NCBI GenBank assembly: GCA_021789995.1
Contig: JAJYIQ010000003.1
Location: forward strand, 7,767-71,766
Source: a bacterium
Lineage (GTDB): Bacteria; Patescibacteriota; Microgenomatia; UBA1406; GWC2-37-13
DNA length: 64,000 nt
Reading direction: 5' to 3'
Positions 24,723-33,459 of the stretch are shown in pieces (within the stretch, counting starts at the first letter, position 1; each line of letters opens with the position of its first letter). Below the pieces are notes generated by a model. It made no database searches. It was not told where the DNA came from and saw only the letters and a program-made list of their open reading frames with translations. The position numbers and the translations under genes are program-made.

Positions 24723-25448
24723 TTAGGAAACAAATCGGCGCGCCTTCCGCTGTTTATGGCTGTTACCATCCTTTTGGATTTTGCCGTCGCGGATATACAT
24801 TATTCTTTTGGCGTGTTCGGCAATATCCGGTTCATGGGTAATCATCACAATCGTATGCCCTTCACCGTTGAGATGTTGGAAAATGGCCATCACTTCTTCC
24901 GCTTGAATCGTTGCAATATTGCCGGTCGGCTCATCCGCCAATAGAATTGACGGGTTCATTACCAAGGCCCGTGCGATCGCGACACGCTGTTGCTGACCGC
25001 CGGACAACTGGTTTGAAGTATGTCCCATCCTGTCACCGAGACCAACCATTTTCAGATATTTTTCCGCCTTGACAGTTCGATCTTCCAACGAAACACCGGC
25101 ATACATCATCGGCAACATGACGTTTTTTAATGCTGTTGTCCGCGGCAATAAATTATATGCCTGGAAAACAAAACCAATTTTCCGGTTACGTATATCCGCC
25201 AGTTCGTCATCATTCAATTTCCCTACATTCTCACCGTCAAGAATATAGGTGCCAGTAGTCGGCAAATCTAGCGCCCCCAAAATATGCATGAGAGTTGACT
25301 TGCCACTGCCGGATGGTCCCATGATCGCCACAAATTCCCCTTTATCGATCTGGAAAGAAATATCCGACAAGGCTGTTGTTTCCACCGCCTCGGTTTTATA
25401 AATTTTCGATAAATGATCGACTTGGATAATGGCATTATTGTTTTTCAT
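24723..25448 (-). CDS. ABC transporter ATP-binding protein (MacB/LolD-type)
   Basis: Walker A GPSGSGKST, signature LSGGQQQRVAIARAL and Walker B ILLADEPTGN. Confidence 0.9.
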   Translation of the reverse strand: MKNNNAIIQVDHLSKIYKTEAVETTALSDISFQIDKGEFVAIMGPSGSGKSTLMHILGALDLPTTGTYILDGENVGKLNDDELADIRNRKIGFVFQAYNLLPRTTALKNVMLPMMYAGVSLEDRTVKAEKYLKMVGLGDRMGHTSNQLSGGQQQRVAIARALVMNPSILLADEPTGNIATIQAEEVMAIFQHLNGEGHTIVMITHEPDIAEHAKRIMYIRDGKIQKDGNSHKQRKARRFVS

Positions 25449-25457
25449 AAGGTCAAA

Positions 25458-26720
25458 TTAACCACCGCGGCCAATCCGCATAATTCTCCCACCGCCGAAG
25501 ACAGATGTCCGTTGGCTGTTTTGATTGGTTGTACCGGATGAAATCACGCCGGTAACTACCGTATCACCTTCTTTTAATCCGGAAGTGATTTCTGTCTGGG
25601 AAGTGGACGATAGTCCGATAGAAACAGGTACGTTGGTCGGTTGGCCGTTTTTTAAAACCCGGACATAAGACGAACCGTTTTGCGTCTGGATCGCCGCCGA
25701 CGGCACAAGCAGGACGTCATTTTTTGTCGCCGTAATAATATTGGCAGTTGCTGCCATATTGGGCAAAATCGCCTCATCGTCCGTATCCAATTTAATAACG
25801 GCCGGATAATTCGTTACACCACTTACGACAACACCAGCCGTATCAATGCTGATTACTTTTCCGGTAAAGGTTCTGTCGGAAAAAGCGTCAAAAGTGATAG
25901 TTGCTTTATCGCCCAGTTTGATTTTGGGGATATCGATTTCCGTGAGATTGACCGAAACCATCGGCAGGGCTTTCGTCTTGATGCTGGCGATTTTCGTCGC
26001 GCTTTGTGCCGTATTATTGCTGTTGGCGGACGCGGTAATGACCGAACCGACCTGCAAAGAAAAACCATTGACCGTGCCGGAAATCGGGGCGTAAATTGTC
26101 GGCGAAGTCTGCTGATAGGAAGACCAGGCGGCACTTAACGCCGTTTGTGCCTGATTGACGACATTTTGTTGATTTTTATATTTGGCTTCTGCAGCCAACC
26201 AGTCATCATCAGCCGTCGTGAATTCCGGTAGCGTTCGGTTTGTCGTATTAGGCGTACCATCACCGTTTTGGTATTTACCGTCAGTAGCCAAATTAAAAAA
26301 TGTATTCCATTTACTAAACATATCCGATTGCGTCGTATACATCGCCGCCTGAGCGGCAGCCAGAGTATTTTGGGCACTCTGGTAACTGGACAAGGCTTGC
26401 TGGGCGTTTTGCTGACCCTGTAAATCAAGATCGATATCGGCGAGCTTATCGCCCGATTTTACTTCATCGCCGTCTTTAACGTAGAGTTTGGAAACGACAC
26501 CCGTGGCCAAAGTGGAAACCGTCCCGTTATTAGCGGTCGATACCTGGCCAGAACCGGTAACCGTCACTACTAAAGTCCCTTTTTCCACGGTCGCCGTCTT
26601 GTAAGAAACAGCATTATTTTTCGCGCCTAAGATTCGGGAATATCCCAACCATGCTAAAATAATAATCCCTGTCGCCAAAATAATTTTGGCTTTGAGAGAA
26701 AGCTGTTTAATATATTTCAT
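25458..26720 (-). CDS. efflux periplasmic adaptor (HlyD/MacA-type membrane fusion protein)
   Basis: N-terminal TM helix, a lipoyl-like segment (VVSKLYVKDGDEVKSGDKLADID), a coiled-coil hairpin and a beta-barrel (IYAPISGTV). Confidence 0.8.
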   Translation of the reverse strand: MKYIKQLSLKAKIILATGIIILAWLGYSRILGAKNNAVSYKTATVEKGTLVVTVTGSGQVSTANNGTVSTLATGVVSKLYVKDGDEVKSGDKLADIDLDLQGQQNAQQALSSYQSAQNTLAAAQAAMYTTQSDMFSKWNTFFNLATDGKYQNGDGTPNTTNRTLPEFTTADDDWLAAEAKYKNQQNVVNQAQTALSAAWSSYQQTSPTIYAPISGTVNGFSLQVGSVITASANSNNTAQSATKIASIKTKALPMVSVNLTEIDIPKIKLGDKATITFDAFSDRTFTGKVISIDTAGVVVSGVTNYPAVIKLDTDDEAILPNMAATANIITATKNDVLLVPSAAIQTQNGSSYVRVLKNGQPTNVPVSIGLSSTSQTEITSGLKEGDTVVTGVISSGTTNQNSQRTSVFGGGRIMRIGRGG

Positions 26721-26752
26721 TAAAACGAATTGTAATAAATAACGGCTGAAAA

Positions 26753-27757
26753 TCAGCTGAACGGTTTAGCCGGTAACTTAATGATAAAAGTCGTTCCTTT
26801 TTTCAATCGACTCTCAACATTTATCATACCATGATGCATGTCAACAATTTTCTTGGCAATTGACAATCCTAATCCGTATCCGCCGGATTTGGGTCTTGAG
26901 CGAGCCGTGTCCGCCCGGTAAAAACGGTCGAAAATATGGGGCAGATCTTTTTCGGCAATGCCGATTCCCTTATCACTGACAGTGATTGTTACCGATCCGT
27001 CGTTTTTTACCGATTTGACAACCACTGTTGTCGGTGGCGGGCTGTATTTTATGGCATTATCTAATAAAATTACAAGCAAATCAACCAGCCCGTATTTATT
27101 GCCATAGACTTTTTCGTCTTTGATCTGACTTTTAATCGTTATTTCTTTCTGTCTGGCCAACGGCTCAACTTTCCGGATAGCTTCCCGGACAATTTTCGAC
27201 AATAACAGCATCTCCAGCATCGTATTGCCGTTCGGTTTGTGGTATTGGGTCAACTGCAGCAATTCGTCGGACAAAAGCTGGAGTTTATTAACCTCGCCGA
27301 CGCTGTCGGTTATCAGTGACCGGGCATCGTCCAGTTTTAAATTCTTATCCCGTAGCGACACTTCCATTGTCGTTTTCAAGGAAGTCAGCGGCGTCCGGAA
27401 TTCATGGGAAGCGTCGCTGATAAAACGGTTTTGCTCATCAAGCATCTCTCTTATTGGCCGCAGGGTTTTGCCGGCTAAAAAATAGCTTAAGCCACCGGCG
27501 ACAACAAGGATCGTTCCGTTAATCACCGCCAGCATTATAATTGCTCTTTGTTTTGTTTCATTGATTAAATCTTGCCAATCATAGTTAATTACCGACGGAA
27601 AAGGAAAACTTCTTTCAAACCGTAATTCCTGCGCCCGGGCAAACCGCTCAGCTTCATTGCTGATTCCCTCATAAATAACACCGCTGAAAGCCACGCTGAT
27701 AAACATAATTATCAGCAAATACCACGCCGTCAATTTTAGCCTCGCCCTGTTAAACAT
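26753..27757 (-). CDS. sensor histidine kinase
   Basis: Two TM helices, H-box SHEFRTPLTSL, N box LLDNAIKYS, and G boxes DKGIGI and GGYGLGLSI. Confidence 0.9.
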   Translation of the reverse strand: MFNRARLKLTAWYLLIIMFISVAFSGVIYEGISNEAERFARAQELRFERSFPFPSVINYDWQDLINETKQRAIIMLAVINGTILVVAGGLSYFLAGKTLRPIREMLDEQNRFISDASHEFRTPLTSLKTTMEVSLRDKNLKLDDARSLITDSVGEVNKLQLLSDELLQLTQYHKPNGNTMLEMLLLSKIVREAIRKVEPLARQKEITIKSQIKDEKVYGNKYGLVDLLVILLDNAIKYSPPPTTVVVKSVKNDGSVTITVSDKGIGIAEKDLPHIFDRFYRADTARSRPKSGGYGLGLSIAKKIVDMHHGMINVESRLKKGTTFIIKLPAKPFS

Positions 27758-27760
27758 AAT

Positions 27761-28435
27761 TTAACTGCCAATTTTATAACCGAATCCGCGGACGGTATGA
27801 ATAAGCGGTTTTTTATTTTTAAAAGGGACGTCGACCTTATTGCGAAGATTACGAATATATACTTCCACCGTATTTGGAAGAATATCGGCGTCGTAATTCC
27901 AAACATGGGCGATAATCTGATCCTTGGTCAGAATTTTATTGGCATTGCGCATCAAATATTCAAGGAGCGAAAATTCCTTACTGGAAAGTTGAATCGCCTT
28001 TTTCGCCCGTTCAATCTGATAAGTTTTCGTATTAAGTTGCAAATCGTTAACGACCAAAGTATCGTCAAGTACGATTTTTGGCCGGCGGTTTAGCGCCCGG
28101 ACCCGAGCCAGCAATTCTTCAAAAGAAAAAGGCTTGGTCAAATAGTCATCGGCGCCCGCATCGAGACCCGCCACTTTATCCTGGATCTGACCTTTGGCCG
28201 TCAGCATAAGAATCGGCGTGTGAATTTTATTTTTACGTAGCTCTTTGCAGATCGTGATGCCGTCCATTTCCGGCAGCAGAAGATCAAGGATAATCAAATC
28301 ATAGTCTTCCGTTGATGCCAAATCAAAGCCGTCGGGACCGGCATAGGCGACATCGGTAGCGTAATTTTCCTGCTCCAACCCTTTTTTTATGGCATTGGCA
28401 ATCCGGTGCTCGTCCTCGACAATTAATATTCTCAT
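27761..28435 (-). CDS. OmpR/PhoB-family response regulator
   Basis: Receiver domain (ILIVEDE...DLIILDLLLP...LTAKG...DDYLTKPF) plus a winged helix (LSSKEFSLLEYL...VEVYIRNLRNK...RGFGY). Confidence 0.9.
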   Translation of the reverse strand: MRILIVEDEHRIANAIKKGLEQENYATDVAYAGPDGFDLASTEDYDLIILDLLLPEMDGITICKELRKNKIHTPILMLTAKGQIQDKVAGLDAGADDYLTKPFSFEELLARVRALNRRPKIVLDDTLVVNDLQLNTKTYQIERAKKAIQLSSKEFSLLEYLMRNANKILTKDQIIAHVWNYDADILPNTVEVYIRNLRNKVDVPFKNKKPLIHTVRGFGYKIGS

Positions 28436-28438
28436 GTC

Positions 28439-29148
28439 TTAATTATAGCCTGGAAACTGAAATAAAGCTGAAATAAACATTAATCGCTTTTGTAAACCGT
28501 AACCGTCATTTTTCAGAAAATACCCGCCGAGAAAAATAGCAATCACCAACCCTAACCAAACCGGAAAGCGGTCGGGAAAAATGCTTAACTTGAAAAAATT
28601 CAGGATATCGTACAGTGTTTTGTCTTTAACCGCCACCCGGCCGGCCCCCAGTGTCTTTCCCGTGGCGAAATTCATGATTTTATAAGAAACCCAAAGGATC
28701 AAATCGCGGGTCATGACAAAATGTCTTTGTCCGTCAACCAGAAAAAACGGTAAGAGCATTAAGGCAAACACATGGAAAGTAACCATAAAACCGATGACCA
28801 AAAATACCGGCCAGATCTTATCGGTCCGGTTACGACTCAAACGGAATACCAGAAACAACAGAAGATAAGTCAAAGGCAAAATATAATTAAAAAAGTCGGG
28901 CATATGGTTTAACCACCAATAAGCAGGCGAGGTGGCCAATAAAACGGAAGAAATAATCGCCGTTTCCCGGTCGAAGATTTTTTTGATGACAAAATAGTTA
29001 TAGTAGGGAGTGGCGCTTAACGCAACCAGGAGTGACTGGTAACAATGCCGTTTAATAAATATTCATGATTGGTAAAAGCCGGATTATTTCTAGATAATGG
29101 CGGGCGGTTTCGGCCGTAAACGCATCGGTAATGAACGGTAGGCTCATA
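28439..29148 (-). pseudogene. fragmented GT-C (ArnT/PMT-like) glycosyltransferase remnant
   Basis: The frame open from 29062 reads ...YNYFVIKKIFDRETAIISSVLLATSPAYWW..., like the loop1/TM region of GT39/ArnT enzymes, but has no ATG/GTG before the TTG at 28939. A different frame from the ATG at 29148 gives MSLPFITDAFTAETARHYLE... and stops at 29056. The total length is far below the usual 450 aa or more. Confidence 0.4.
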
Positions 29149-29730
29149 TTAAAATGGCAAAGTCAGCGGCATATCGGTACCATCCGGTTCCTCTTCCAGA
29201 TATTTACTCCAATCCACTTTAATTGTCATTTTTCCTTTTTCGTTCAGGTAATTTATTTCCCGGTTTTTAACGCCATAGTCAAAAAGATTCTTGGTTAAAA
29301 GCACATCGTCCAGACAATATCTTTTCAGCTCTTCCCACTTGCCTTCTTTGTAGTAATCGATCGCCATCAGACCATGACCGGTTTTCTTTTTGCCCAAAGT
29401 GGCATAAATCAAATCGTTTAATGCTAACCGCCGGCCGATTTTTTCCCGGACATCCTCCAGAATGTCAAATGCCGAAAAATGCTCCACTTTTCCCGGATAG
29501 TAACCTTGCAAAACAGCAATATCAAAACTAATAACATTGTATCCAATAATATAGGATGAATTTTCCAGATACGGGAATAACTGGCCGATTTCTTTCTCGG
29601 TAAAAACTCTTTCCTGGTCATTACCGTAATCATAAATGGCGGCAACGGAAATGCCCAGTTTCTTCGGATCATTAAACTCACGGAAAGTATGTTTTGTTTC
29701 CAGATCCAGAATGAGCGGGAATTTTTTCAT
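29149..29730 (-). CDS. RNase H-fold 3'-5' exonuclease-like protein (DEDD type)
   Basis: LILDLETK (Exo I), IIGYNVISFDIAVL (Exo II), YCLDDVLLTKNLF (Exo III-like). Confidence 0.55.
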   Translation of the reverse strand: MKKFPLILDLETKHTFREFNDPKKLGISVAAIYDYGNDQERVFTEKEIGQLFPYLENSSYIIGYNVISFDIAVLQGYYPGKVEHFSAFDILEDVREKIGRRLALNDLIYATLGKKKTGHGLMAIDYYKEGKWEELKRYCLDDVLLTKNLFDYGVKNREINYLNEKGKMTIKVDWSKYLEEEPDGTDMPLTLPF

Positions 29731-29734
29731 GATG

Positions 29735-30109
29735 TCAGTTTATTCTTTTAAGCGATTGTTTTTCGCGGAAGATTTCCATTTCTAGAATCGGTGTCGAGTT
29801 GGTGGAAAGTTCCGTTTGGAACTGCTGATAAAACCCGTCAAATATCCGGACAAAAACGTTTTTGTCTTTGGCTGGTAAACGGATGTATTCTTTTTGGAAA
29901 AGCTCATCTAACTTTCCCAGACTCCAAATCGTTTCCAGCAATTTATTATTTTTGAGGTCAATCTGGGAAATATCGCCGGCCACCGGATGGATTTTAAACT
30001 CCATCATTCGTACTTCATCAAGCATTTGCGACAGCGGCGGTTTTTTATCGATAATTTTTTGAAAATCGTTGATAATTGCCAAAACGTCCCGGTTCTGCTT
30101 TTTTTTCAT
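29735..30109 (-). CDS. hypothetical protein
   Basis: Uninterrupted 124-aa ORF in an operon position upstream of the exonuclease gene. No motif recognised. Confidence 0.4.
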   Translation of the reverse strand: MKKKQNRDVLAIINDFQKIIDKKPPLSQMLDEVRMMEFKIHPVAGDISQIDLKNNKLLETIWSLGKLDELFQKEYIRLPAKDKNVFVRIFDGFYQQFQTELSTNSTPILEMEIFREKQSLKRIN

Positions 30110-30125
30110 AGTGTATAATTATGAA

Positions 30126-30572
30126 ATGATCAAACAAAAATTACAAGATGAACAGATTGCAGCCTTGAAAGCGGGCGAAAAAGCCAGACTGGCTACATTA
30201 AGGTATATTTTAGCACAATTGAAAAATAAAGAAATCGAAAAAAATCTGCCGGCCGGTGAAGAACTGACCGATGATGAAGCAATCGCTGTCCTGAAAAAAA
30301 TTGTTAAAGAACTTAATGAATCGATTGATACTTTTACCAAAGCCAACCGGCCGGAACTGGCGGCGGAGTATCAAGCGCAATTGCATATAATTACCCCCTA
30401 TCTTCCCAAGGAAATTTCCGATGAAGAATTGACCAAAGAAGTCCAGCGGATCATTGAGGCCAATAAAAACCTGTCCAATCCGAAAGCGATTATCGGGATC
30501 TGTATGAAAGAGTTAAAATCAAAAGCCGACTCTTCACGCATTTTAAAAATATTAAACAAAATTTCCCCCTGA
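30126..30572 (+). CDS. GatB/YqeY domain protein
   Basis: Start moved to MIKQKLQDEQIAALKAGEKARLATLRYILAQLKNKEIEK, a typical YqeY N-terminus. Confidence 0.75.
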   Translation: MIKQKLQDEQIAALKAGEKARLATLRYILAQLKNKEIEKNLPAGEELTDDEAIAVLKKIVKELNESIDTFTKANRPELAAEYQAQLHIITPYLPKEISDEELTKEVQRIIEANKNLSNPKAIIGICMKELKSKADSSRILKILNKISP

Positions 30573-30614
30573 CTACTTGCTACTAACTACTTTTCTTAAT
30601 GTTATACTGGGGTT

Positions 30615-30956
30615 ATGAAGCTCTTGAAACAGGTTGTTGTTTTTTTTCTGCTGCTCTTTCTTTTATCCTCCCTCCTGCGCAACATTTTGAGCTACCACGA
30701 CAAAATCCGGTTTTACCAGGATTTCAAAAATAATTATGATCAGGAGAAAAAAGAAAATATTTCTTTGCAGACGGAGATTTTGAAGAAAAAAAGCTATAGC
30801 GAGCTGGAAAAAACCATCCGCGACAAATTAAATCTCCTTCAACCGGGGGAAATTGCCATCACTATCCCTACTCCGACCCCGGGTATTTCGACGATAACGC
30901 CGACTCCGGCCCCCAACTGGCAACAATGGTGGAATGTATTTTTTAACCATACATGA
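30615..30956 (+). CDS. FtsB/DivIC-like septum formation initiator
   Basis: N-terminal TM helix plus a short coiled coil (NYDQEKKENISLQTEILKKKSYSELEKTIRDKLNLLQPGE). Confidence 0.55.
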   Translation: MKLLKQVVVFFLLLFLLSSLLRNILSYHDKIRFYQDFKNNYDQEKKENISLQTEILKKKSYSELEKTIRDKLNLLQPGEIAITIPTPTPGISTITPTPAPNWQQWWNVFFNHT

Positions 30957-31074
30957 AAAACAATTTTTTCCTGATCGTGACCGAGTTATTTAGCTTCGAC
31001 GATGGAACCACGACCGTGGTGACATCGTCATAGTAGAAAAATATGCTTCCTTTTAGTATAATTTCTTCATAAAT

Positions 31075-31147
31075 TACGGGGTAGTGTACGGTTGCACAGG
31101 AGGCTCATAATCTCCTAGACCAGGTTCAACTCCTGGCTCCGTAACCA
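31075..31147 (+). tRNA. tRNA with CAT anticodon (elongator Met or lysidine-modified Ile2), CCA encoded
   Basis: TACGGGG-TA-GTGT-ACGGTT-GCAC-A-GGAGG-CTCATAA-TCTCC-TAGA-CCAGG-TTCAACT-CCTGG-CTCCGTA-A-CCA. Positions 1:72 are paired and there is no GGG/CCC anticodon stem, so it is not an initiator. Confidence 0.85.
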
Positions 31148-31215
31148 TTCGATTCGTCACTCCGCTCCTCGCTCATGACTATATCCAATTGCGAGCCGGA
31201 TGATATAATAAAAGA

Positions 31216-32145
31216 ATGAACGACTTCCTGTTATCAATTATCATCCCCGTTTTCAACGAAGAAAAAAGCATCGCTCCTTTATTAGACCGGTTGCTGCTCA
31301 TTCTCAAACCTTACCGTTGGGAAATAATATTTATCAACGACGGCTCAAAAGACCAGACAACGGAAGAAATCAAAAAATGCGCCCAGAAAAATAAACAGAT
31401 TAAACTAATTTCCTTCCGGCGCAATTTCGGCCACCAGATGGCACTCACCGCCGGCTACCAATATGCTCAAGGTAATGGTGTCATCAGTATGGATGCCGAT
31501 TTGCAAGACCCGCCGGAAATAATTCCGACGATGGTCAATAAATGGCAAAAGGGGGCAAAAATCGTTTACGCCAAAAGACAAACCCGAGAAGTCGACAATT
31601 TTTTCAAAAAACAGACAGCCCAGTTTTTTTACCGGCTGATTAACTTTTTATCCGACACGCCGATTCCTTCCGACGTAGCCGACTATCGTCTGCTTGACCG
31701 GGAAGTCGTCGATTTTCTCAAACACCTGAAAGAACACGCCCGCTTCTTGCGGGGACTGGTCGCCTGGGGCAGTTATCCGACCGATTATGTTTTTTTTAAA
31801 CGGGAAAAGCGGGCGGCCGGGCAAACCCATTATCCGTTTTCTAAAATGCTTAATTTTGCCTTGGACGGGATTACTTCTTTTTCCATCAAACCATTACGGA
31901 TAGCCACTTATTTCGGCTTTACCGTTGCCACTTTGGGATTTGTCGGAATTATTTACACTCTTATTCGTAAATTCATTCATCCACAGGATTACGTCATCGG
32001 CTGGACCGGCCTTTTTGTCGGTATCATGTTTTTGGGAGGAATACAATTAATAACGATTGGCATTATCGGCGAATATGTCGGAAAAATCTATCAAGAAGTC
32101 CAAAACCGGCCGCAATTTTTGGTTAAAGAGAAAGTGAATTTATGA
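31216..32145 (+). CDS. GT2 polyprenol-phosphate glycosyltransferase (DPM1/GtrB/ArnC-like)
   Basis: IIIPVFNEEKSI, NDGSKDQT and MDADLQDPPE, with two C-terminal TM helices. Confidence 0.85.
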   Translation: MNDFLLSIIIPVFNEEKSIAPLLDRLLLILKPYRWEIIFINDGSKDQTTEEIKKCAQKNKQIKLISFRRNFGHQMALTAGYQYAQGNGVISMDADLQDPPEIIPTMVNKWQKGAKIVYAKRQTREVDNFFKKQTAQFFYRLINFLSDTPIPSDVADYRLLDREVVDFLKHLKEHARFLRGLVAWGSYPTDYVFFKREKRAAGQTHYPFSKMLNFALDGITSFSIKPLRIATYFGFTVATLGFVGIIYTLIRKFIHPQDYVIGWTGLFVGIMFLGGIQLITIGIIGEYVGKIYQEVQNRPQFLVKEKVNL

Positions 32146-32294
32146 AAAATGTCGGTATTATCCTCATTGCCATCGGACTCGCTCTCTTTCTTTATGTCGG
32201 TTATTATTTTATTCGAGAAAGCAATAAAATTGCCTCACCAATTCCTGACGAAAAAGGGGTAAAGGTAATTCTCATTACACCCGGTTCTAAGTAA
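32142..32294 (+). CDS. small single-TM protein (50 aa, not in the supplied track)
   Basis: ATGA overlap with the GT2 stop. Sequence MKNVGIILIAIGLALFLYVGYYFIRES..., ending at the TAA at 32292-94. Confidence 0.35.
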   Translation: MKNVGIILIAIGLALFLYVGYYFIRESNKIASPIPDEKGVKVILITPGSK

Positions 32295-32330
32295 CGTAAA
32301 TTATCCTGAGTGAAGTCGAAGAATCTACAA

Positions 32331-32657
32331 TCACGGTCCGGGAATTTCGAATTTGAAGAGCCGGCACGAAGATCCGATCCCGCCAAGAAAAAGAAAACAG
32401 ATCGTATTTAAAATCAGATAGGAACCCAAAAATAATAAAAACCCAATGATTGCCAGCCGGAATGTTCCCTGGGCTTTTTTTACTTTTTCCGGACTACCAA
32501 ATGACGTCAGATATTGGAATCCGCCGACAAGAAACATAATAAATAAAACCAAAACAAAGAAAGCGCCGGCCATAAAAAGAATATTGCCAAAAACGACTTC
32601 CAAGCATTTTAATGTCGGTACACCTTCTGAAGTAACGCAACTTCCCCAATTATTCAT
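32331..32657 (-). CDS. VirB2/TrbC-like pilin-type small membrane protein
   Basis: The Cys-containing N-terminal segment (GVPTLKCLEVVFGNIL) is followed by two TM helices. The helices flank a short polar loop (YLTSFGSPEKVKKAQ). The family assignment is from memory of CPR pilin annotations. Confidence 0.45.
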   Translation of the reverse strand: MNNWGSCVTSEGVPTLKCLEVVFGNILFMAGAFFVLVLFIMFLVGGFQYLTSFGSPEKVKKAQGTFRLAIIGFLLFLGSYLILNTICFLFLGGIGSSCRLFKFEIPGP

Positions 32658-32666
32658 GACAGAAAG

Positions 32667-33062
32667 TTATTTAACTAGTTTTTGAAATCTAATCGGTTTA
32701 GTAATACCTAAACCGGAGTCGGGCGGGAAAAAAAGCTGCTCAATCAAACCGACAATTGCCAAGACGGCAAAAATAAGAATAACACCGATAACGGCATTCA
32801 TGATCTTGTCACGGGCTTTATCGACGGCTTCCTTGTTGCCGCCGGAGGTAATCCAGGAAAAGGCGCCTAATAGAAGATAAAGCATGGCGATGAGGCCGGC
32901 AATAATGAAAAAAATACGGATGATAAACGTCAATACGTCACCAAACTGAGGGATGGCAAAACCGACATTAATAGGAGCAACGGTAACATCCTGAGCATGA
33001 ACAGTTAGAAAGCTTAACATATATATGTCAATGAGTATAGATAATAAATACAGCTGTGTCAA
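32667..33062 (-). CDS. VirB2/TrbC-like pilin-type small membrane protein (paralogue A)
   Basis: Signal-like N-terminus, then two TM helices around WITSGGNKEAVDKARDKI. Its 53-aa core is identical to that of 33073-33417. Confidence 0.45.
   Translation of the reverse strand: MTQLYLLSILIDIYMLSFLTVHAQDVTVAPINVGFAIPQFGDVLTFIIRIFFIIAGLIAMLYLLLGAFSWITSGGNKEAVDKARDKIMNAVIGVILIFAVLAIVGLIEQLFFPPDSGLGITKPIRFQKLVK
32730..32890. repeat. 161-bp block, 100% identical to 33130-33290
   Basis: Direct base-by-base comparison. Identity starts and ends abruptly, and the flanks are unrelated at the DNA level. Confidence 0.95.
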
Positions 33063-33072
33063 GCGGTTATCC

Positions 33073-33417
33073 CTACGGGCTGCTTAGCGGCTGAAATATT
33101 ATAGACTTAGTGATTCCCAAACCGATGCCAAAAAGCTGCTCAATCAAACCGACAATTGCCAAGACGGCAAAAATAAGAATAACACCGATAACGGCATTCA
33201 TGATCTTGTCACGGGCTTTATCGACGGCTTCCTTGTTGCCGCCGGAGGTAATCCAGGAAAAGGCGCCTAATAGAAGATAAAGCATGGCGACTAAACCAGC
33301 GACTGTAAAAAAAATTCTTATCACAAAGGTCAACATCATACCGAAATCGGGAATGGGAAAACCTGGATGAACTTGTGCGACGGTAACCTGAACTCCTTGC
33401 GCCAATAAGTGTTTCAT
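33073..33417 (-). CDS. VirB2/TrbC-like pilin-type small membrane protein (paralogue B)
   Basis: Same architecture and identical core. The N- and C-termini are divergent. Confidence 0.45.
   Translation of the reverse strand: MKHLLAQGVQVTVAQVHPGFPIPDFGMMLTFVIRIFFTVAGLVAMLYLLLGAFSWITSGGNKEAVDKARDKIMNAVIGVILIFAVLAIVGLIEQLFGIGLGITKSIIFQPLSSP
33130..33290. repeat. 161-bp block, 100% identical to 32730-32890 (offset exactly 400 bp)
   Basis: Direct base-by-base comparison. Confidence 0.95.
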
Positions 33418-33459
33418 ATAAAAAAATAATAGTTAATTATTGTCGGCTTGTCAAGTAGG

